64,000 bases of DNA. Source: Gemmataceae bacterium. Lineage in GTDB: Bacteria; Planctomycetota; Planctomycetia; Gemmatales; Gemmataceae. Made by a program: the position numbers and the translations under genes. Of this stretch, positions 51,286 to 60,309 are shown piece by piece; position 1 is the first letter of the stretch, and each line of letters starts with the position of its first letter. The DNA lies in the NCBI GenBank assembly GCA_025055795.1, contig JANWVV010000013.1, positions 24,755 through 88,754 on the forward strand, written 5' to 3'. Under the pieces are notes generated by a model. It saw nothing but the letters and a program-made list of their open reading frames with translations. It ran no database searches and was not told the DNA's origin.

Positions 51286-54200
51286 ATGCTATTACGATTA
51301 GAACTTGTCGGCTTCAAATCGTTTGCAGATAAAACCATATTTGAATTTGCTCCTGGTATTACAGCTATCGTTGGTCCAAACGGTTCTGGCAAAAGTAACG
51401 TCGTTGATGCCATCCGCTGGCTTTTGGGTGAGCAATCGATCCGCAGTTTGCGTGGCGGGGAAATGGCGGACGTGATCTTTCAAGGCTCCGCCAGACGCAA
51501 AAGCCTGGGAATGGCCGAAGTCAGCGTGCTTCTGGACAATCGCCGTCGCCTGCTGGCTGTCGATGCTGACCAGGTCCAGCTAACGCGACGCCTTTATCGC
51601 GACGGCAGCGGTGAGTATCTGATTAATCAGCAGCCGGCCCGACTGCGTGATTTCAAGGACATATTCCTCGGCAGCGGCACGGGGAGCAGCGGCTACACCA
51701 TCATCGCACAGGGCCGCGTCGAAGAATTGTTGCAAGCTTCTCCTTTGCAACGACGCGAGCTGTTGGATGAAGCTGCTGGCATCAGCCGGTTCAAAGCCCG
51801 TAAACAGGAGACCCTCCGCAAACTCAGTCAGGTAGAGGAACACCTGTCTCGTTCGCAAGACCGTCTCCAGCATCTGGAAGCCCAGCTACGCACCTGCCGA
51901 TTGCAAGCAGCCAAAGCTCAGAAATACCAGGAACATCAGCAACGGTTGCATGATTTGCGTCGTCGCTGGTATTCCTTCGAAGAGCGTCGCCTGGCTCAGG
52001 CTGTGGCGGAGCTGGAACAGGCCTTCCACCAAGCGGACCAGACCGCTGCCCAATTGCACCAGCAGTTTCAGCAGTCTCTGGCGACCGAGCAGACGGGAGA
52101 ACAACAACTCGAACATGCGGTCCAGCAACAGCATTTGCTGATCACAGAAGTCGCGGAAATCCGTCGACGCCTGGCGACGGAAGAAACGACTCTCCAGTAT
52201 CACCTCCAGCAATGGCAGGCGTTGGTAGAGGAGAAGCGGCAGTTGTCGCATCAGCGACTCCTCGCCGTACACTGTTGCTTCCAGCTCGAGCAGGACCGTC
52301 GGCAGCTAACAGAACAAGCAAACGCGACGGAAAATCGGGTGCAAACGGCCCGGGCCGAAGTTCAACAGTTGGAAACGGCCCTGCAAATGGTGCGTGATCG
52401 CCTTCAGGGCGCAGAGAGCCGTCTCAGTCGCTTACGAGACGAACAGTTCGAGGCTGTCCGCGTTGCCGCGGCAGCCCGTACAGCCGCCCACGCCGCCCTT
52501 GCACAGTTACAACGCCTTCAACACGAGCTCCAGCGGCGGCACACCGATACTGTCCAAACCGCTGCCCGGCGCCAGACTCTACAGGCGACCCTCGAGAGCT
52601 TAATCCATGCTGACCAAAATGCACAATCAGAATTGAATAAAATTGTTCAAATTTACAATGAATTAAATGTAAACAAAAAACAGCTGGAGGATAAAATTTC
52701 AAGTCTACAAGTAGAATTAGAACAAATGCGTATTCAGCATGGTGATTTGCGCGGACGTCTGGAATTGCTAGAAGAATGGGACCGTTCCCAAGTGGGAATC
52801 GAGGCGGCCGTCCGTGGACTATTGGAGGAACGTCAGCAACAGGCAGTGATCGGGAAACCTCATCCGTTGGTGGACCAGGTATTAGGTCTGGTAGCGGACC
52901 TGCTGCTCGTCCCGCGTGATTTGGCTCCGTTGGTAGACATGGCCTTGGGCGAAAAAGCCCAGTATCTTGTTGTTGCAGACGCTGCGGCCGTGCCGGAAAT
53001 CTTGCGCTGTCTGCCCAGTCATCTGCCGGGACGCATCGGTTTGATCCCCTTGCAGGGCCGCCCACTGGTTCCCACTCCGCAGGAAGAAGCTCCGTTTTCC
53101 TCACTGGCCAGCCATGTCCGCAGCTCGGTAGACAACCTGGCGCAGCAACTGTTGGGTGATATTTTGATCATAGACGATTGGGACCAGGCCTGTGCTACCC
53201 GCAGGCGTTTTCCGGCCTATCGCCTGGTGACCCGATCGGGGATCTTGTGGGAAACGGACGGAACGATCATCGTGGGCTCAGTGCGTGCCACTGGAGGTCT
53301 GGTATCGCGCAAAAGCGAATTGCGGGAGGTGCGTGAACAGCTCCGGCTACTGGTCGAGCAGATCCGTCGGCAGGAGCAACATCTCGGTGAACTCGAGCAA
53401 TCCCTAGAGCGTCTGACCGCGGAGGTGGTTGCCGCCGAACAACGCCGGATCGAATGGGAAAAACGAGCTGCAGAGGCGCGGCAACAACTCGATAAGCATC
53501 GACAAATTATCGAACAACTGGACGAACGATGGAATCTAATCAATCAGGAAACACATTATCTGGAAGAAGAACTGCTACGTACCGAAAAAGCCTGGTTGGA
53601 AGCTAACCAGCAAGCGGACCATGCTGAACAAGCAGCGGAGCGGATTCACCGGCAGATCGCTCAGCAGGAGCAACTATTGCGGGATGGCGAGGCTGAGCTG
53701 GAACGCTTGCGGGAGCGTCATCAGGCGGCCCAGGTGGCATTATCGCAGGCTTTGAGTGAAAGCGAGCAGTTCCGTGATCGTCTGACAAGAGTGGACGAAG
53801 AGGTGCGTCGCTGCCAAGACCAGGCCCATACGGTCCAAATCGCTGTACAGACCGTCCAACAGAGACATGACGAATTGCTCTTGGGTATCCTGCAACTGGA
53901 ATCGCAGGTGGCTGAACTGTATACGGAAAAAGACCGGCTGGAATTACAGGTCGATGCCCTCCAGCGGCAACAAGAAGCTCATCGACTGGAGGCGGCTCAA
54001 CGCCGGTCACACCTGCAGCGTCTGCAACAGCAACTGGAACAAGCACAGAAGCAACGCCATCATTTGGAACTACGACTGCGTGAACTTCAAGGTCAACGAT
54101 TTCACTTGCATCAAAAAGTCAAGGAAGAATTGAATGTTGAGCCCCAAGAACTGTTGAACGATCATTCCCTCGAGTCGGAGAGTAGAGCCGATGCGAACGA

Positions 54201-54873
54201 GGATGTTCTACACTTGCTCCAGGAAATAGAAGAAGTCAAAAGTCGGATTGCTCGCCTTGGTGCGGTTAATCTCGAAGCATTGGAACAGTTGCAGGGTTTG
54301 GAAAAAGAATATCAGCAGTATCTGAACCAGCATCAGGATCTGGAGCAGGCCCGGCGGTCTCTTGTGGAAATCATGGAACAGCTCAACGGCGACAGCCGCA
54401 AGCTGTTTATGGAAACGTTAACTGCGGTGCGCGGTCATTTCCAGGAACTGTTCCGCAAACTGTTTGGAGGCGGGCAGGCGGACATTGTTGTGGAAAATGA
54501 AGCTGAGGTTCTGGAAAGCGGCATCGAGATTGTTGCGCGACCACCGGGGAAAGAGCTACGCTCGTTGACGTTGTTATCGGGTGGCGAGAAGACACTCACA
54601 GCCATCGCCTTGCTGCTGGCGATGTTTCGCGCCCGGCCCAGCCCGTTTTGCATTCTCGATGAGGTCGATGCGGCCCTCGATGAAACGAATACTGTTCGCC
54701 TGGCATCGCTACTCCGGGAATTTCTTGACACCAGTCAGTTTATCATCGTTACTCACAAAAAACGAATGATGGCCGTGGCCGACCGTCTCTGGGGAGTGAC
54801 GATGACCGAACAGGGCGTTAGCCGTATCCTACCGTTGCGATTTGAAGATTGGGAATCCGCCCAGGCTGCATGA
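51286..54873 (+). CDS. smc: Chromosome segregation protein SMC
   Basis: GFKSFAD, VGPNGSGKSNVVDA, long coiled coils, hinge, LSGGEK, LDEVDAALD. Confidence 0.97.
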   Translation: MLLRLELVGFKSFADKTIFEFAPGITAIVGPNGSGKSNVVDAIRWLLGEQSIRSLRGGEMADVIFQGSARRKSLGMAEVSVLLDNRRRLLAVDADQVQLTRRLYRDGSGEYLINQQPARLRDFKDIFLGSGTGSSGYTIIAQGRVEELLQASPLQRRELLDEAAGISRFKARKQETLRKLSQVEEHLSRSQDRLQHLEAQLRTCRLQAAKAQKYQEHQQRLHDLRRRWYSFEERRLAQAVAELEQAFHQADQTAAQLHQQFQQSLATEQTGEQQLEHAVQQQHLLITEVAEIRRRLATEETTLQYHLQQWQALVEEKRQLSHQRLLAVHCCFQLEQDRRQLTEQANATENRVQTARAEVQQLETALQMVRDRLQGAESRLSRLRDEQFEAVRVAAAARTAAHAALAQLQRLQHELQRRHTDTVQTAARRQTLQATLESLIHADQNAQSELNKIVQIYNELNVNKKQLEDKISSLQVELEQMRIQHGDLRGRLELLEEWDRSQVGIEAAVRGLLEERQQQAVIGKPHPLVDQVLGLVADLLLVPRDLAPLVDMALGEKAQYLVVADAAAVPEILRCLPSHLPGRIGLIPLQGRPLVPTPQEEAPFSSLASHVRSSVDNLAQQLLGDILIIDDWDQACATRRRFPAYRLVTRSGILWETDGTIIVGSVRATGGLVSRKSELREVREQLRLLVEQIRRQEQHLGELEQSLERLTAEVVAAEQRRIEWEKRAAEARQQLDKHRQIIEQLDERWNLINQETHYLEEELLRTEKAWLEANQQADHAEQAAERIHRQIAQQEQLLRDGEAELERLRERHQAAQVALSQALSESEQFRDRLTRVDEEVRRCQDQAHTVQIAVQTVQQRHDELLLGILQLESQVAELYTEKDRLELQVDALQRQQEAHRLEAAQRRSHLQRLQQQLEQAQKQRHHLELRLRELQGQRFHLHQKVKEELNVEPQELLNDHSLESESRADANEDVLHLLQEIEEVKSRIARLGAVNLEALEQLQGLEKEYQQYLNQHQDLEQARRSLVEIMEQLNGDSRKLFMETLTAVRGHFQELFRKLFGGGQADIVVENEAEVLESGIEIVARPPGKELRSLTLLSGGEKTLTAIALLLAMFRARPSPFCILDEVDAALDETNTVRLASLLREFLDTSQFIIVTHKKRMMAVADRLWGVTMTEQGVSRILPLRFEDWESAQAA

Positions 54874-55267
54874 AATTTAAAGTCCAGAGTCAATGTCAAT
54901 TTTAACAAAATTATGTCTAGGACCGTTCTGCGTTATTCAGGATGTTGGCGGCCCTCGGCGGAAGGCGGTGTCTTATGTTCGGGCTGGATCACTTTCAGCT
55001 AGCTAAGAACTGAGCATTTCCTGGGAGAGCATCCCATCAGACACGTTGTTTTCGAGATGGTCAGTGGTCAGAAGGCTCACCAGTGTTTTACGGCTTTTTA
55101 GCCGGACCTTCATGATTCGGTTATAGTGTAAACTTTGGTAGCATGAAAAGTTGCACTCCAGGTGCGGTCAGGCGGCCTCGGGCAGGGGACAATCCATGGG
55201 TGAGATGATCGGATTATCATCCCAAAGTGGTATGGCGGTTGCTAACATGACCATAGGGGGAGCAACG

Positions 55268-56002
55268 ATGCCACAACCACGGATTTTAATCATCGAGGAT
55301 GAGCGTGGTTTGACCCAGTCGTTGTCGTGGTATTTCAACCGTGAGGGATATGAAACACATGTTGCTCATGATGGTCAGGAAGGATTGCGTAAGGCCCAAA
55401 CCTTGCTGCCGGATGTAGTGCTGCTCGATCTGATGCTGCCCGGCATGGATGGCCTGGAAGTTTGCCGGTTATTACGGGCAGGGGATCGTACAAAAGATAT
55501 TCCCATCATAATGATAACGGCCAAGACGGAGGAAACGGACCAGGTTGTGGGTTACTCGATGGGGGCGGACGACTACGTTGCCAAGCCCTTCAGTAACAAG
55601 GTGTTGTTGCACAAAGTAAAGGCATTGCTGCGTCGGGTAGCCGGTCAGAGCGAAGCAGGGGACGTCATCGAGCATTTGGGCGTGCGGATCGACCGATTGC
55701 GTCACCGGGCCACGCTACATGGCAAAACACTGCTGTTGACACCGACGGAGTTTCGTCTGCTGGAAACCTTAGTGCGTCAGCCGGGACGGGCATTCAGCCG
55801 CCATCAGTTGATGGATGCTGCCATTGGAGAGGGGTCAATCGTTCTCGAACGAACGATCGACGTTCACATTAAGACCTTACGGCGTAAATTGGCAGAGGCC
55901 GGCGGCAGCCCCGAATTGATCGAAACAGTGCGGGGTGTTGGCTACCGCTTCCGAGAGGAGGCACCACCGTCGTCAACCACGCCGGCCGAGAGTAGAGGAT
56001 GA
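55268..56002 (+). CDS. OmpR/PhoB-family response regulator
   Basis: ILIIEDE, LLDLMLPGMDG, GADDYVAKPF, LTPTEFRLL, ERTIDVHI, ETVRGVGYRF. Confidence 0.95.
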   Translation: MPQPRILIIEDERGLTQSLSWYFNREGYETHVAHDGQEGLRKAQTLLPDVVLLDLMLPGMDGLEVCRLLRAGDRTKDIPIIMITAKTEETDQVVGYSMGADDYVAKPFSNKVLLHKVKALLRRVAGQSEAGDVIEHLGVRIDRLRHRATLHGKTLLLTPTEFRLLETLVRQPGRAFSRHQLMDAAIGEGSIVLERTIDVHIKTLRRKLAEAGGSPELIETVRGVGYRFREEAPPSSTTPAESRG

Positions 56003-56414
56003 CGAGCTCTTTCACGATATGCAGATAATTTGAAATCATTTACACAAAGCTCGGTTGTATCGTATGTAATCCGTGTAGCTATCCCCCTCACGGGGTTGGT
56101 AGTCGCTCCCATATCACGCCGGTAGCGGAATGGGCCCAAAGGATCGTTCGATAGTAAAATTACGCTGAATCACTTCTTTAAATCCTGATTTTCACCGAAG
56201 AAATGCTTGCAGCAACTGATGCAGTTGCTATGAGAGAGTCGTTTTGTTTGAGTGTGCCCTCTGTGATGTGGTTGACCTGAACGAGTGCAGAAAGGGAGTT
56301 GGCGAGCGGAAGAGCAGTATGTCAGCACCCCAAGTGGTGAGGGGCCACTAAGGCTTGGACCTTTGTTGGGGTTGGCAAGGATCGGAGTTCCCAAGGAAGG
56401 GAGGAGGCGAGGTG

Positions 56415-56711
56415 ATGGCGTTGCTGCGATCAGGGGCAGGAATCGCTGTATGGTTAGTCAGTAACATGGTGGCAATGGGGGCACCTCCAGTCACGCTCCA
56501 CGACGAAGGACGTGAAGTGGATCCCGTTGCCCAGGCGTTTTATTTGACCGAGGTACCGCGGGGCGGGTACGTCTGTCCTTTGCCGGATTCCTCCCGGACC
56601 AAACAGTGGGCGACGAACATGTGGGAAACAGCGTGGGAACTGCTGTTGTGGCAGCTGAGTATGCCGTTGGGCCCCGCTGCGTTGGACAATACGGTCAATC
56701 CAGGGATGTGA
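56415..56711 (+). CDS. Small hypothetical protein, possibly exported
   Basis: Good RBS (GGAGG/GAGGTG) and a hydrophobic N-terminus. No recognised family. Confidence 0.4.
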   Translation: MALLRSGAGIAVWLVSNMVAMGAPPVTLHDEGREVDPVAQAFYLTEVPRGGYVCPLPDSSRTKQWATNMWETAWELLLWQLSMPLGPAALDNTVNPGM

Positions 56712-56935
56712 AAGCAGGCAATTATTGGCTTCCACACGACGGATGTCGTTAAAGGCCAAGAAGAAACGACGAGCCGAGCCTCCTGCGATACGGGCAAGCT
56801 CGGCTCAAGACGGTCACGGATGTAACCTTGGGGGAACGCGTCTAGCCAAGGCTAAAAGTGCGGACATACCTCAGCTTATGGCAAGACTGCCCCGTCGTGC
56901 GACCTCAGGAAGAGGGCATTCCCTGGCTGAAGTGA

Positions 56936-57490
56936 CTACTTCTGTTTGGCCAGGGCTTCTTCCGCAGCTTTGGCGATTTCTGCCGCCTTGGCAGCAGCAC
57001 TTTTAGTGTCGCGGAAGGCAAAGTTGCGGAAAATGTTCCCTCCCCGCGTGTAAATCAACACGGTAACAGCCGCTTCTTTGTTCAAATTGTAGCGTTTGGG
57101 ACCGTCTTTTTCGACAGACACGGTCAATGGCGTCGTCAGTTTGTGGGTGGCTTGAAGTTTTTCGAAGTCGGCGGTTTCGACTCCGCTGACGCCTACGACC
57201 ACCGTGCCCAGATCGGCGTGAGTTTTCTGCACCGCGTCTACCGCCTTGACCAAACTGGCCAAGTCGTCGTCAGCCTTCTGGGTGAAGATCATCACCACGG
57301 CAGGCCGACCTTCGCCATTGTACTTTCAGACATAGCACATTGTGCGGCCTTTGTTCTCGCCGGTGACAACCTTAACGTCAAAGGCGCCACCGATCTTTTT
57401 GTCTGGTCCGGACTTGATGTCGTCCGCGACACACACGCCCGGCAGGGTCAGCGTGGCCAGCGCCAACCCCAGCCCGAAGGCTCGACGCAT
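56936..57490 (-). CDS. Candidate exported thioredoxin-like selenoprotein (CxxU; in-frame TGA at 57328-57326 = codon 55)
   Basis: AGGAGG RBS and ATG at 57490. Reads MRRAFGLGLALATLTLPGVCVA-DDIKSGPDKKIGGAFDVKVVTGENKGRTMCYV(TGA)KYNGEGRPAVVMIFTQK, continuing in frame into the listed 56936..57298 ORF. A hairpin follows the TGA and selB is present in the window. Confidence 0.85.
57293..57322 (-). promoter_or_regulatory. Candidate bacterial SECIS element
   Basis: mRNA after UGA: AAG-UAC-A-AUGGC-GA-AGG-UCGG-CCU-GCCGU-G-GUG. The stems pair by eye, and the apical loop starts 17 nt after the UGA. Confidence 0.6.
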
Positions 57491-57892
57491 AACCCTTCCT
57501 CCTTTGTTGAACTGTTGCTACTTCTGGCCTGACATCGGAACCGCTCCGATGTCCTCACTATATATTCTGATTTCTAATCAGTAATTTACAAGATGGTGAT
57601 CGCCCAAAGAGGTTGTTCTTTGGGGTGCATCTGTTAGATAAAACCGATTACTTCCCATCAGATACAGCGAGAATATACCGTCAACCTCGGCGGTGTATAG
57701 TTTGTGTACATGGATGCTCAAAAATAGAGCGGCGTGATCGCATCTCTATTAGTTCGAACGGTGGTGAGCGTAAACGGAGGGGTAGCAGGGCAGAAAGAAA
57801 AGGGAGTGCCAAAGCTTGTTGGGCGGACCAACCCCCAGTCCAAGCCCCCAAAGCAGAGTTAGTTGCATTCCAGAAAAACGGAAAAATGAGAG

Positions 57893-59557
57893 TCAGTAGG
57901 ATGGTTCGAACGGCGGGAGGCGGTCCCACCCGCGGAAACCGTGGGCAATCCAGATGGTCCAGCTTTGCAAGGGTACACCGTTGTGGACGTAGGTAAACCG
58001 TTGGGGCATCTCGATCCGTTCAAAGGCGGGTAGCAAATGAGGGCCGATGTCTCCTACAATCAGGAAAGTTCGACCGCGGAACAGATGCGGATCTGCAACG
58101 GGGTTGGGTCGCCAGAAGTCGTACTGGCTGTGGCGGTCGGAGCGGTTGGGGATGCCGATGGTATACGTATCTGGGTGACCCCGACTGTAGAAGCGTAGAA
58201 GACCTGGATGAGTCCAGTATGTGCCACACAAAACTGGAGGCAAGGCTTGCGGAGGGGTCAACTGCTCCCGCAACAGATCCAGGTGGTTGGCTAAGGCCTT
58301 CCAGCCAGCCAGGCGGGCTGTCAGGTCCAAGCGGCGGACGGGGGCAGGCTCCCGTTCGGACGGTGGTGGCAGGATGCGGGCCAACACGGGACGATACAGC
58401 TGTGGAAAATGCAATAGCACTACGGCAATCAAACCCAAAGTCGAATTAGCAATTGCGGCCACGGCCACCTCTCGACGGTACTTTCCCCACTGCAGATAAT
58501 CCACTAGCCAGGCAACGGTAAGAACAAAGCCGGCAATGTATGCAGGAGCGGGCCAATTCGCCTGACCGGGTTTCAGACAACTAGCCAGTCCGAAAAACAA
58601 CCACAAAGGGAAGGAAGCCCACCACAGCAGCCGCACAGCGGGTGCCCCGTCACGCCACGGGCTGAATTTCCAAGCAGCGACCAGAAAAGCCAGTAGCCAC
58701 AGACCGAACATGGTGCCCAACTGGCCGCCCAGGAACAGCACAGGTCCGTTCAGGCGAAAACGACTACCCGCTTGCTGTCCCACAGCCGCCACCTGTCCGA
58801 GAACATGCCGGACGCTTACCCAATCATGCTGGGCATTCCAGTACACGATTGGCAGCAGGCCCACCACGGTTCCTGCATACAAAAGTCCCAGACCTCGCCA
58901 ACCATCTTTGTGGCGGTAATGGAACAGGACGAAGAGGGTGACGACGGCGGGAAACAATAACATTGTATATTTAGCTAGCACTCCCACGGCTGTAGCTATC
59001 GCGGCTATCCCCCAGGCCCAGCGGCGGCCCCGCAACCCCCACAAAACAGCCAGCAACGCCCAACACCAGCAAGCCAGGAAGGGAGGATCGATGGTCATCA
59101 GGATGGCCCCGATGCGTACCAGCGGAATGCACACGGCCAACCCCACAACGCTCAATGCCAGCGTGGCGGATCGGAAAACATTGACCGTAAGCAGGTACCA
59201 GCCTGTCAGCAAAAGGGCATGGCACAGGGCCGCCGGAAAACGGACTGCTGCCGCCCGATCGCCCCTCCAGGCAATGCTCCACATTCCCAACACTTCGTCC
59301 GCACCGCGGATCAGCCAAGCAACTAGCGGCCCTTTACTGTAATAGCTCCAATCGAGTTGCCGGGACCAATCCCAGTAGTGGGCTTCGTCCGGTGCCAGAT
59401 CGTGTACAGGTGAAAGCCACTGGTAGGCCACCGTCAAGAGAGTGGACGTCACAATCAGAGCAGCAGCGGTCCACCCAGCCCACCGGCACGTGGCTGGAGC
59501 CAGGCCCGGTGTGCTCGAAGCACCTGCCGATGAGACACGTCGCTCGGTTGATGCCAT
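57893..59557 (-). CDS. GT39/ArnT-like GT-C glycosyltransferase
   Basis: DLAPDEAHYWDWSRQLDWSYYSKGPLVAW, MTIDPP, LAKYTM, PIVYWNAQHDWVS.RH. Confidence 0.88.
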   Translation of the reverse strand: MASTERRVSSAGASSTPGLAPATCRWAGWTAAALIVTSTLLTVAYQWLSPVHDLAPDEAHYWDWSRQLDWSYYSKGPLVAWLIRGADEVLGMWSIAWRGDRAAAVRFPAALCHALLLTGWYLLTVNVFRSATLALSVVGLAVCIPLVRIGAILMTIDPPFLACWCWALLAVLWGLRGRRWAWGIAAIATAVGVLAKYTMLLFPAVVTLFVLFHYRHKDGWRGLGLLYAGTVVGLLPIVYWNAQHDWVSVRHVLGQVAAVGQQAGSRFRLNGPVLFLGGQLGTMFGLWLLAFLVAAWKFSPWRDGAPAVRLLWWASFPLWLFFGLASCLKPGQANWPAPAYIAGFVLTVAWLVDYLQWGKYRREVAVAAIANSTLGLIAVVLLHFPQLYRPVLARILPPPSEREPAPVRRLDLTARLAGWKALANHLDLLREQLTPPQALPPVLCGTYWTHPGLLRFYSRGHPDTYTIGIPNRSDRHSQYDFWRPNPVADPHLFRGRTFLIVGDIGPHLLPAFERIEMPQRFTYVHNGVPLQSWTIWIAHGFRGWDRLPPFEPSY

Positions 59558-60309
59558 CGACCACAAGTAAAGAGATCTGCTCGTCACGTTGGCTCCTTGC
59601 TATCCATCGGCTTCGTTTAATTGGACGGGGTCCGCTCTAGTGGCCTGTGTATGGCTACTAGGATCTTAGGATTGGCCTGTCGCGTGCCTTTGATTTCAAC
59701 GGGCATCCGAGTCGTCCGTACCGGCGTCATCTCCTTGCTCCGCAAAACAAATACATGCCGGAAAAAGGGGAATGACGTCAATCCCGACAGCCCAGCATCC
59801 ACCACCCCGAACAAACCGATTTGTTGAGCTATTTGATGAATTGATGATCGATTCAAGTGGTCTTGAAACCCCTATCGCAGTCGCTGTTGGTCGATCAAAG
59901 AGAACCCGACGTAAGCAAGGGCAGCAAAAATCGTTCATTCTCTGACCCAAAGGTTAGAAAGTGTACTTCTGGGTAGATTATTGATGACCACATGGGTACA
60001 TCAGTTCAAAAAGCCTAATCGATTGGCATAGCTGGTGCGATGGACTGCAACACCTCAGATGCTCTTTTCCCGGTTACCGCAGTTTGTTATGTCTCGCTTT
60101 TTGGGATGCATCGAATGTGGTTACCCTGGTGGGAACTGGGTTGACCTGAGACTTTGTTCCCAAAAGTGGGACAGAGGTCAGAAACCATGGGGCACAACGG
60201 AAGCCGGCGTGGCAACCTTGGCTGGTATAGGCCGGGCTGGAACAAGGGATGCACTCTCGGAGGTGCCAACAGTAATTGGCCAGCCTCTTGCGATTGCGAC
60301 TGGCTGTTC

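Noticed and set aside
56000-56130. Possible UGA read-through after the response regulator
   Set aside because: The domain is complete before the TGA, so this is an ordinary stop.
56709-56830. Possible UGA read-through of the small ORF 56415-56711
   Set aside because: No Cys/Sec-type motif context, the extension is not protein-like, and there is no convincing hairpin right after the TGA.
56936-57298. Listed 120-aa ORF as a complete gene
   Set aside because: It has no RBS or signal peptide and is in frame with an upstream RBS-ATG-signal peptide segment across a single TGA, so it is treated as the C-terminal part of a longer gene.
59558-60309. Short ORFs in the divergent gap (e.g. 59696-59950 with CCPC)
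   Set aside because: No recognisable family or RBS, and mutually overlapping. More likely a promoter region.
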